Positions 28,065 to 36,404 of a stretch of 50,456 nt of DNA are shown one piece after another (the stretch's first letter is position 1; each line of letters opens with the position of its first letter). Location: NCBI GenBank assembly GCA_031364845.1, contig JANLWX010000130.1:1-50456 (forward strand), given 5' to 3'. Origin of the DNA: Candidatus Eiseniibacteriota bacterium (lineage in GTDB: Bacteria > Eisenbacteria > RBG-16-71-46). Under the pieces are notes generated by a model that did not search any database, was not told the DNA's origin, and saw only the letters and a list, made by a program, of their open reading frames with translations. Position numbers and translations under genes: made by a program.

Positions 28065-28571
28065 TTGGAAGTCCGAGAGGAAGTTCGACGCCTGGCCACC
28101 CCGCTTGCGGAGGAGGCCGGCTACGAGCTGGTGGACGTCGAGCTTTCTTTTCAGGGACGGCACCGGATCGTGCGGGTGCTGCTCGACAAACCGGGCGGCA
28201 TCACGGTCGGTGATTGCAGCCGTTTCAGCCGCCGTTTGTCGGATTGTCTGGACATGAATCAGGTGATGACGAGCGCTTACCAGCTCGAGGTCAGCTCGCC
28301 CGGTATCGAACGTCCGCTCAAGACGCTCGAGGCCTTCGGTCGGTTCGCGGGTCAGATGGGAGCGATCGCGACGTACGATGCGCGCGATGGCCGCAGGAAC
28401 TGGGAAGGAACACTGCTGGAGCCGCGCGACGGCCAGGTCGGCATGCGAACCGACGATGGCGCGGAGCACTGGTTCGAGTGGGGCGAGATCAAGAACGCCC
28501 GGCTGGTGATGACGGATCCATTCAAGCACGGGGCCGGCAAGTCCGGCGTGAAGCGGGGAGGAGCGCGATGA
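28065..28571 (+). CDS. rimP: Ribosome maturation factor RimP
   Basis: GYELVDV, DKPGGITVGDCSRFSR, YQLEVSSPGIERPL; TTG start with SD GGAG. Confidence 0.96.
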   Translation: MEVREEVRRLATPLAEEAGYELVDVELSFQGRHRIVRVLLDKPGGITVGDCSRFSRRLSDCLDMNQVMTSAYQLEVSSPGIERPLKTLEAFGRFAGQMGAIATYDARDGRRNWEGTLLEPRDGQVGMRTDDGAEHWFEWGEIKNARLVMTDPFKHGAGKSGVKRGGAR

Positions 28572-30076
28572 GCCACGAAATCCTGGACGCGTTGAGTCAA
28601 ATCACGCGGGAGAAGAGCGTGGATCGTGCGCTGCTCATCGAGACCCTCGAGGTCGGCCTCGCGAGCGCCGTGCGCAAGAAGCACGGTGCCACCGCGGACG
28701 TCGACGTCAAGTTCGCGAACGAAACCGGCTCGATCTCGATCGCGCTGCGCAAGACGGTCGTCGACAACGTCGAGGATCCTGCGCTCCAGCTCACCGTGGA
28801 AGAGGCGCGCGCCCATCAGACCAACGCCAAGGTCGGCGACGTGCTGACGTTCCCGCTGCCGATCGCCGAGTTCGGACGCAACGCGATCCAGACTGCGAAG
28901 CAGGTGCTGATCCAGCGCGTGCGCGAAGCCGAGCGCGATCGCGTGTTCAAGGAGTACTCGGACAAGATCGGATCGCTGGTGCGCGGCGTGGTCCAGCAGG
29001 TCGATCGCGGCAACGTGATCGTCAAGCTCGACCACTCCGAGGGCTTCCTGCCGGCGCGCGAGCAGATCGCCCGCACCTATCATCGCCAGGGCGACTACGT
29101 GCGCGCGGTGGTGATCAACGTGGACAAATCCGCCAAGGGACCGCAGGTGATCCTGTCGCGGACGCATCCCGACTTCCTGCGCCGCCTGTTCGAGGCGGAA
29201 GTGCCGGAGATCGCGGAGAACATCGTCGAGATCAAGGCGGTCGCGCGCGAAGCCGGCGCGCGCTCGAAGATCTCGGTGTACTCGAACGATCCGCGCGTGG
29301 ACGCGGTTGGATCGTGCGTCGGGCTCAAGGGCTCGCGCGTGCAGAGTATCGTCCGCGAACTGGGCGGCGAACGCATCGACATCGTGCCGTGGTCGCAGGA
29401 TCCGACCGTGTTCGTGTCGCGCTCGCTCGCACCGGCGCGCGTGCTCGATGTGCGCGTGAACGATGTCGAGAAGATCATGAACGTGGTGGTCGCGGACGAT
29501 CAGCTGTCGCTCGCGATCGGCAAGGGCGGTCAGAACGCGCGCCTCGCCGCGCGCCTCACCGGCTGGAAGATCGATCTGGTCTCGAAGACCGAGGAGAAGA
29601 AGCGTCACGATCTCGAGCGCGCCTCGCGCGTCGAGGTCGAGAAGCTCGAGCTGGGCGACGCCACCACGGAGAAGCTGATCTCGGCGGGCATCGAGACCGT
29701 GCAGGAACTGGTCGCGACCCCGCTCGAGAAGATGATCGAGATTCCGGGCATCGGCGAGAAGACCGCCGAGAAGATCCTGAGTGTGGCGCACGAATACCTG
29801 GCCGCCCATCCGCCTGAGACGGCGGAACCGGCGCCGGTGCAGGCCTTCACGCCCGAAATGGAATCGGACGGCTCGGTGGCGGCCGAGGCCGAGGCGCATG
29901 CGCCGGAGATCGCCCCCGAAAACGTCGCCGTTTCCGAAGAAGAAGTAAGCGCGGCCCCGGCGTCCGACGCCGTGGCTGTCGCCGAAGACGAGATTGCCGA
30001 GAACGCGAATGGAGGCTCCGGAGATTCCGAACACGAAGCTCCGGCCGCCACTGAAGGAGGAGAGCACCGTGCCTAA
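28568..30076 (+). CDS. nusA: Transcription termination/antitermination factor NusA
   Basis: FGRNAIQTAKQV, ILSRT, EVPEI, AREAGARSK, CVGLKGSRV, SLAIGKGGQNARLAARLTGWKID; acidic tail. Confidence 0.98.
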   Translation: MSHEILDALSQITREKSVDRALLIETLEVGLASAVRKKHGATADVDVKFANETGSISIALRKTVVDNVEDPALQLTVEEARAHQTNAKVGDVLTFPLPIAEFGRNAIQTAKQVLIQRVREAERDRVFKEYSDKIGSLVRGVVQQVDRGNVIVKLDHSEGFLPAREQIARTYHRQGDYVRAVVINVDKSAKGPQVILSRTHPDFLRRLFEAEVPEIAENIVEIKAVAREAGARSKISVYSNDPRVDAVGSCVGLKGSRVQSIVRELGGERIDIVPWSQDPTVFVSRSLAPARVLDVRVNDVEKIMNVVVADDQLSLAIGKGGQNARLAARLTGWKIDLVSKTEEKKRHDLERASRVEVEKLELGDATTEKLISAGIETVQELVATPLEKMIEIPGIGEKTAEKILSVAHEYLAAHPPETAEPAPVQAFTPEMESDGSVAAEAEAHAPEIAPENVAVSEEEVSAAPASDAVAVAEDEIAENANGGSGDSEHEAPAATEGGEHRA

Positions 30077-32363
30077 GACTGCCGCGGCGAAGAAGCTGCG
30101 CGTATATGAGGTCGCCAAGGACCTCGGCATGTCGAGCGAGGCGGTGCTGCAGATCGTCAGACGGCTCGGCGTCGAGGTGAAGAATCACATGAGCACGCTG
30201 CTGGCGGAGACGGTCGAGAAGGTCCAGGCCGAGCTCAACCAGGAGAAGAACGCCGTGCGCGAGGCCGAGGCCCGCAAGCACGAGCACGAGCTGCAGCGCG
30301 CGCGCGAAGAGCGTCAGCGCGTGCAGGCCGCTGCTGCTGCAGCCGCGGCTGCGGCACCGGCGCCCGCTGCGGCGAGCCCGACCGCGACCCCGCAGGCTGT
30401 GCGTCCCGCGACGCCGCAGGCCTCACGCCCGGCACCGCCGCACCATGCCGCACCCCGCCGCCGCGACCGCAAGAAGAAGAAGGTCGTCGACGAGAAGCTC
30501 GCGATCGAGAGCGTGCGCAAGACCCTCGCGAGCCTCGATGCCGGAGGTACGCGTCGCCGCCGCCATCGCCGCGACGACGAGGACGGCGAAGTCACGGTCG
30601 AGGAGTCGAAAGTCATTCGCGCGGCGGAGTTCATCACCGTCGCCGAACTCGCGAACCTCATGCAGGTGCGCCCGCAGGAAGTGATTGCGGCGTGCATGCG
30701 GCTCGGTCTGATGGCCACGATCAACCGGCGGCTCGACAAGGATTCGATCCAGACGGTCGCCGATGAATTCGGATGGGGCGTCGAGTTCATCGCCGAGTAC
30801 GGCGAAGAGGACGACGACATCGAGGATCAGGTCGAGGAAGGGCGTCTCGCGACGCGCGCTCCGGTCGTCACGGTCATGGGCCACGTCGACCACGGCAAGA
30901 CCTCGCTGTTGGACCACATCCGCAAGACCAACGTGATCGCGGGTGAAGCCGGCGGCATCACGCAGCATATCGGCGCGTACGACGTCGAGCTCGCCAACGG
31001 CCGCAAGATCTGCTTCCTCGACACGCCGGGCCACGAGGCGTTCACCGCCATGCGCGCGCGTGGCGCTCAGGTCACCGACGTCGTCGTGCTGGTCGTGGCC
31101 GCGGACGACCGCGTCATGCCGCAGACGATCGAAGCGATCGATCATGCGAAGGCGGCGGGTGTGCCGATCGTGGTCGCGATCAACAAGGTCGACCTGCCGG
31201 CGGCGCGCCCCGATCTGGTGAAGCAGGAACTCGCCGCACACGGCGTGGTGGTCGAGGAGTACGGCGGCACCACGGTGAGCGTCGAGATCTCGGCCAAGAA
31301 GGGCACCAACATCGACAAGCTGCTCGAGATGATCCTGCTGGTCGCGGATCTGCTCGACTTGAAGGCGGATCACGAGCGGCGCGCGCGCGGTGTGGTCATC
31401 GAAGCGCGTGTCGAGCAGGGGCGCGGCGTGGTCGTCAGCGTTCTGGTGCAGCAGGGCACGCTGAATCTCGCCGACGCATTCGTCGCAGGACAGCATTCCG
31501 GACGCGTGCGCGCGATGTTCGACGAGCGCAGCCGACCGGTGAAGGTCGCGGGGCCCTCGACGCCGGTCGAGATCCTCGGCTGGTCGGGAACGCCGGCCGC
31601 CGGTGATCACTTCGTGAGCTTCGAGGACGAACGCGAGGCGCGCGAGATCGCGGCCAAGCGCGCGGCCCTCCATCGCGAGCAGGAATTCCGCGCGGCGAAG
31701 GCGATCTCGCTCAGCGACTTCTACGGTCGCGTGAGCCAGGGCGAGACCAACGAACTCAAGCTCATCATCAAGGGCGACGTCGACGGTTCCGTCGAGGCGC
31801 TGGCCGAGTCGTTCACCAAGCTCAGCAACGCCGAGGTCAAGGTCAACGTCATCCGCCAGGCGGTCGGTCAGATCACCGAATCCGACGTCATGCTCGGCAC
31901 CGCCTCGGGTGCCATCATCATCGGCTTCCACGTCCGGCCGGATTCGCGCGTGCGCGAGTCGGCGGAGCGCGAAGGCGTCGAGATCCGGTTGTACGACGTC
32001 ATCTACAAGGCGGTCGAGGAAGTGCGCTCGGCGCTCGAAGGCATGTTGAAGCCGGAGCTCAAAGAAGTCGTGCTGGGTGCGGCCGAAGTGCGCCAGACGT
32101 TCAAGATCTCGAAGACCGGAACCATCGCCGGCTGCATGGTCGTGTCGGGAACCATTCCGCGCACGGGCAAGGTGCGGCTGGTGCGTGACGGCCAGACGGT
32201 GTGGACCGGGCGCATCGACGCGCTCAAGCGCTTCAAGGACGACGCGCGCGAAGTGCAGACCGGATTCGAGTGCGGCATCAGCCTCGATGGCATGAACGAC
32301 TTGAAGGTCGGCGACGTCATCGAGTCCTTCACGATCGAGGAGCTCGCCCGCACCCCCGGTTGA
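30069..32363 (+). CDS. infB: Translation initiation factor IF-2
   Basis: [62 protein letters not shown] start with SD GGAGG. Confidence 0.98.
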   Translation: MPKTAAAKKLRVYEVAKDLGMSSEAVLQIVRRLGVEVKNHMSTLLAETVEKVQAELNQEKNAVREAEARKHEHELQRAREERQRVQAAAAAAAAAAPAPAAASPTATPQAVRPATPQASRPAPPHHAAPRRRDRKKKKVVDEKLAIESVRKTLASLDAGGTRRRRHRRDDEDGEVTVEESKVIRAAEFITVAELANLMQVRPQEVIAACMRLGLMATINRRLDKDSIQTVADEFGWGVEFIAEYGEEDDDIEDQVEEGRLATRAPVVTVMGHVDHGKTSLLDHIRKTNVIAGEAGGITQHIGAYDVELANGRKICFLDTPGHEAFTAMRARGAQVTDVVVLVVAADDRVMPQTIEAIDHAKAAGVPIVVAINKVDLPAARPDLVKQELAAHGVVVEEYGGTTVSVEISAKKGTNIDKLLEMILLVADLLDLKADHERRARGVVIEARVEQGRGVVVSVLVQQGTLNLADAFVAGQHSGRVRAMFDERSRPVKVAGPSTPVEILGWSGTPAAGDHFVSFEDEREAREIAAKRAALHREQEFRAAKAISLSDFYGRVSQGETNELKLIIKGDVDGSVEALAESFTKLSNAEVKVNVIRQAVGQITESDVMLGTASGAIIIGFHVRPDSRVRESAEREGVEIRLYDVIYKAVEEVRSALEGMLKPELKEVVLGAAEVRQTFKISKTGTIAGCMVVSGTIPRTGKVRLVRDGQTVWTGRIDALKRFKDDAREVQTGFECGISLDGMNDLKVGDVIESFTIEELARTPG

Positions 32364-32422
32364 TCCGGCGCGTGGCCATGGCGCTGACCGCCTTGGCCAC
32401 GATGCCACCCCACGAGGCATCG

Positions 32423-32704
32423 ATGTTCGTCGGGATCGTGCGCATCGAGCTCCACATCCACGCCGCGGGATCGCTCAAGGACAAGCGCTCCGTGGTGCGC
32501 TCGCTCAAGGAGCGCATCCGCCACCGTGTGCACGCGGCGGTCGCCGAAGTCGATAATCAGGATCTGTGGCAGCGCGCCACCCTCGGAGTCGCGGTCGTCT
32601 CCGGCGAGCGCCGCCAGGTCGATGAAATGATTCAGTCCGTCCGCAATCTCGTCGAGTCCACGCATGCCGCGCAGGTGCTCGACTGGCAGGAGCAGCTGAT
32701 ATGA
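32423..32704 (+). CDS. DUF503/YlxP family protein
   Basis: SLKDKRSVVRSLKERIR...AEVDNQDLWQRATLGVAVV; canonical infB-rbfA position. Confidence 0.92.
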   Translation: MFVGIVRIELHIHAAGSLKDKRSVVRSLKERIRHRVHAAVAEVDNQDLWQRATLGVAVVSGERRQVDEMIQSVRNLVESTHAAQVLDWQEQLI

Positions 32705-33084
32705 GAATCCGTCCCGAACGCGTCGCGCAGCGCATCCAGCGCGAAGTCGCGGACATTCTCGTCAACCGCCTGCGTGATCCCGGAATCAGCCACTGGGTGA
32801 GCGTGACGGGAGTCGAGGTCAATCCCGATCTGTCGCTCGCGCGCATCTACGTGAGCATCCTTCCCGGCGGCGACGAGCGCGAGCAGACGGTGAAGGCGCT
32901 CGGACGCGCGACCGGCTTCGTGCGCCATGAGCTGGCCACTCGGCTCGGCCTGCGCGAAATGCCCGAGATCCGCTTCATGCTCGACACTTCGATCGAGTAC
33001 GGCGTGCGGGTCGACGAACTGCTGCGCAAGATCGAAACCGGCGAGCCGATTCCCGACGAAGACGAGGGGCCGCGCCAGCCGTGA
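32701..33084 (+). CDS. rbfA: Ribosome-binding factor A
   Basis: RVAQRIQREVA, LRDP, VTGVEVNPDLSLARIY, PEIRFMLDTS. Confidence 0.96.
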   Translation: MRIRPERVAQRIQREVADILVNRLRDPGISHWVSVTGVEVNPDLSLARIYVSILPGGDEREQTVKALGRATGFVRHELATRLGLREMPEIRFMLDTSIEYGVRVDELLRKIETGEPIPDEDEGPRQP

Positions 33085-34157
33085 TCGCTTCCGACCCGGC
33101 GCGCCCGCGGGATCCGGATGCCGCGCCGGTCTCCCCCGGCGCTACGAACTCCGATATCGTGTCGCACCCGCCGAATCCCGCGCGCTCGAATTCGATCCCC
33201 GCTTCGCGATCGCTCGAAGTCTCCGGCATCCTGATCGTCGACAAACCGACCGGCGTCACTTCGCACGACGTCATCGATGTCGTGCGCCGGCGCTTCCGCG
33301 AAAAGGGCGCCGGGCATCTCGGCACGCTCGATCCCGCGGCGAGCGGTCTGCTCGCGGTCGCACTCGGAGCGGCGACGCGCTGCATCCCGGTGTGGCAGGG
33401 AGGCGAGAAGACGTATGAAGCCACGCTCAAGCTCGGAGTCACGACCTCGACGCAGGACACGACCGGGGAAGTGATCGCGGAGCGGCTGGTCGCCGTGAGC
33501 GAAGCGCAGCTGCACGCGGCCTCGAGTCATTTCGAAGGCGACCTGATGCAGGTGCCTCCGATGGTGTCGGCGCTCAAGGTCGGTGGCGAGCGGCTCTACC
33601 GGCTCGCGCGCCGCGGCATCACGGTGGAGCGCGAACCGCGCCCGGTGCACGTTGCCGCGTGGGAGTGGCTCGGCTTCGATCTGCCGCTCGCGACCTTCCG
33701 CGTGCGCTGCTCCGGCGGAACCTACGTGCGCACACTCGCGCACGATCTCGGCGAGCGACTCGGCACCGGGGCGGCGCTGCATGCACTGCGACGCATGCGC
33801 AGCGCCCCATTCGATCTCACGCGCTCGGTCACCGTGCGTGAGCTGTACGAGCTGGATCCTGAAGTTGCATGGGCCCAGGCCGGAATTCCGCTCGATCGCG
33901 CGCTCGAAACACTGCCCGCGCTGGTGCTCGACGATGCCGGAGTGCGCGCGATTGGGCACGGTAGTGTGATCGAACTCGATGCTTCGAGCGGCCATTCGTT
34001 GCCGGTCGATGGCGGCCCGCGCTCGATCGTGTTCCGTGATGCCGCGGGACATGCGCTGGCGCTCGGCGATGTGCGCGCCGACGGTGCAACGCTGCGCGCG
34101 CGGCCTCACGTCGTGTTCCCGTGGGCGGTTCGCGAAGGGCGCGCGGGGGAGCGTTGA
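33081..34157 (+). CDS. truB: tRNA pseudouridine(55) synthase
   Basis: DKPTGVTSHDV, GHLGTLDPAASG, QVPPMVSALK, CSGGTYVRTL. Confidence 0.96.
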   Translation: MIASDPARPRDPDAAPVSPGATNSDIVSHPPNPARSNSIPASRSLEVSGILIVDKPTGVTSHDVIDVVRRRFREKGAGHLGTLDPAASGLLAVALGAATRCIPVWQGGEKTYEATLKLGVTTSTQDTTGEVIAERLVAVSEAQLHAASSHFEGDLMQVPPMVSALKVGGERLYRLARRGITVEREPRPVHVAAWEWLGFDLPLATFRVRCSGGTYVRTLAHDLGERLGTGAALHALRRMRSAPFDLTRSVTVRELYELDPEVAWAQAGIPLDRALETLPALVLDDAGVRAIGHGSVIELDASSGHSLPVDGGPRSIVFRDAAGHALALGDVRADGATLRARPHVVFPWAVREGRAGER

Positions 34158-35077
34158 GCGCGGCGGTCGCGGTCGGCGTGTTCGACGGACTCCATCTCGG
34201 GCATCGCGCGATCCTCGAACGCGCGCTCGAGCGCGCGCGTGAACGCGGCGGCTCGTGCATCGTCGTGAGCTTCGATCCGCATCCCGACGTGGTGCTGGCC
34301 CAGCCGTTCCGCGCGATCGCTCCGCTCACGCCGGTGCCCGAGAAGCGCGACCGCCTGCTCGCGATGGGCGTCACCGAACTCGAAGTACTGCCGTTCACGC
34401 GCGAACTCGCCGCACTCACTCCCGAGGAATTCGTCGACCGATATCTCGTGGCGCCCTATCACCCGCACGCGCTGGTCGTCGGCGCCGACTTCGCACTAGG
34501 ACGCGGCCGAGCCGGAAACGTCCCGCGCCTGCGCGAGATCGGTACCACCCGCGGCTTCGAGGTCCACTCTGTGCCGCTGCTCGAGCTCGACGGTGCCACC
34601 GTCACGAGCACTCGCATCCGCGCGCTGCTGGAGCACGGGGATGTCGCCCCCGCCGCGCGCCTGCTTGGCCGCGCCTACGATCTCACGGGCCGTGTGGTGA
34701 CCGGCGATGGCATCGGGCGCACATTGGGCGTGCCGACCGCGAACCTGAGACTGCACGATGAGAAGTTCGTGCCCGGCCACGGGATCTATGCCGTGTGGGC
34801 GCGTATCGCCGGGAGCCCGGAAGTCCATCGCGGCGCCATGAGCATCGGCGTGCGGCCCACCTTCGGAGGCCAGGTGCGGACGTTGGAGGTCCACATTCTC
34901 GACTGGTCCGGCGATCTCGTGGGCAAGGACGTCACGGTCGAGTTTGCCGAGTGGCTGCGGCCGGAGCTGCATTTCGAGAGCAAAGAGGCACTGATCGAGG
35001 CGATGCAGCGGGATCTGGTGCGTACGCGCGAAGTGCTCGCGGCTCGCGCGGACCCGACCGCGGCCGGCGGGATCTGA
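34154..35077 (+). CDS. ribF: Bifunctional riboflavin kinase/FAD synthetase
   Basis: GVFDGLHLGH, FDPHP, TSTRIR, GRTLGVPTAN, GVRPTF, LEVHILD; TTGA overlap with truB. Confidence 0.96.
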   Translation: MSAAVAVGVFDGLHLGHRAILERALERARERGGSCIVVSFDPHPDVVLAQPFRAIAPLTPVPEKRDRLLAMGVTELEVLPFTRELAALTPEEFVDRYLVAPYHPHALVVGADFALGRGRAGNVPRLREIGTTRGFEVHSVPLLELDGATVTSTRIRALLEHGDVAPAARLLGRAYDLTGRVVTGDGIGRTLGVPTANLRLHDEKFVPGHGIYAVWARIAGSPEVHRGAMSIGVRPTFGGQVRTLEVHILDWSGDLVGKDVTVEFAEWLRPELHFESKEALIEAMQRDLVRTREVLAARADPTAAGGI

Positions 35078-35078
35078 A

Positions 35079-36404
35079 ATGGCGTCCATGGGTGATCCGC
35101 CCGGCGCCCATGTGATTCGACCGGCCTTCGGCGAAACGAAGCTGGATGCGCTGCAGCGCCATGCGTTCGATTACTTCCTGAACGAGACCAATTCCGCAAA
35201 CGGTCTCGTGGCAGACAGGTCACAGCCGGGCGCTCCAGCGAGTATCGCCGCCGTCGGCTTCGCGCTGGCGGCGTATCCGGTCGGTGTCGAGCGGGCATGG
35301 ATGACACGCACCGACGCGATCGAGCGAACGCTCGCGCTGTTGCGGTTCTTCTGGGCCAGCCCCCAGGGAACGACGCCCGACGTGACCGGTTACAAAGGGT
35401 TCTACTACCACTTCCTCGACATGACGACCGGCCGGCGCGCCCAACTGTGCGAGCTGTCGACGGTCGATACGGGGTTCCTGCTCGCGGGCATGCTGGCCGC
35501 CGCGGTGTATTTCGATCAAGACAGCGAGGCCGAGCGGGAGATCCGAACGCTGGCCGACGCGCTCTACCGCCGGGCCGATTGGAAATGGGCGTGCAACGGC
35601 GGAGCCACGCTCACTCATGGGTGGAAGCCCGAAAGCGGCTTTCTACCCTACCGCTGGGAAGGCTACGACGAGGCCATGCTCTTGTATGCGCTCGGTCTCG
35701 GCTCGCCAACGTATCCCCTGCCAACCGAGAGCTACGCGGCGTGGACCTCCAGCTATCAGTGGAAGGATATCTACGGCTACGAAGTGCTCTATGGCGGTTC
35801 GCTCTTCATCCATCAGTACTCGCACGTCTGGGTGGACTTCCGCGGGATCCAGGATGCCTTTGCGCGAGACAAGGGCATCGACTACTGCGAAAACAGTCGC
35901 CGCGCGACCTACGTCCAGCAGGCGTACGCGATCCGGAACCCGCTTGAATTCGCGGGCTATGGCCAGCACTTCTGGGGACTGACCGCGAGCGATGGCCCAG
36001 GCTGGACGACACGGCGAGTTCGCGGTATCGAGCGCACCTTCTTCGACTACGTCGCGCGTGGCGCGCCGTATGGCCCCGACGACGGGACCATCGCGCCATG
36101 GGCTGTGGTCGCCTCACTTCCGTTTGCCCCGGAGATCGTGCTGCCGACGGTCCAACATTTTCAGGAAGTCTATCCACAGGTCACAGGCGAGTATTGCTTG
36201 CGCTGTAGCTTCAATCTGACCTTTCCGCACGAGGGCGAGGCAGGCTTCGGCTGGACCTCGCCTTACCATTTTGGGATCAACCTGGGTCCGGTCGTGTTGA
36301 TGTGCGAAAACTACCGGTCAGATTTGCTCTGGCGACTGATGCGTAAGTGCCCCTACGTCGTGACGGGATTGCGGCGGGCGGGATTTAGGAGTGGTTGGCT
36401 ATGA
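35079..36404 (+). CDS. Glycoamylase-like (GH144-like) protein
   Basis: LQRHAFDYF...NGLVADR...SIAAVGF...GFYYHFLD...ELSTVDT...WEGYDEA...LFIHQYSH...WGLTASDGP...DDGTIAP; no signal peptide. Confidence 0.8.
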   Translation: MASMGDPPGAHVIRPAFGETKLDALQRHAFDYFLNETNSANGLVADRSQPGAPASIAAVGFALAAYPVGVERAWMTRTDAIERTLALLRFFWASPQGTTPDVTGYKGFYYHFLDMTTGRRAQLCELSTVDTGFLLAGMLAAAVYFDQDSEAEREIRTLADALYRRADWKWACNGGATLTHGWKPESGFLPYRWEGYDEAMLLYALGLGSPTYPLPTESYAAWTSSYQWKDIYGYEVLYGGSLFIHQYSHVWVDFRGIQDAFARDKGIDYCENSRRATYVQQAYAIRNPLEFAGYGQHFWGLTASDGPGWTTRRVRGIERTFFDYVARGAPYGPDDGTIAPWAVVASLPFAPEIVLPTVQHFQEVYPQVTGEYCLRCSFNLTFPHEGEAGFGWTSPYHFGINLGPVVLMCENYRSDLLWRLMRKCPYVVTGLRRAGFRSGWL

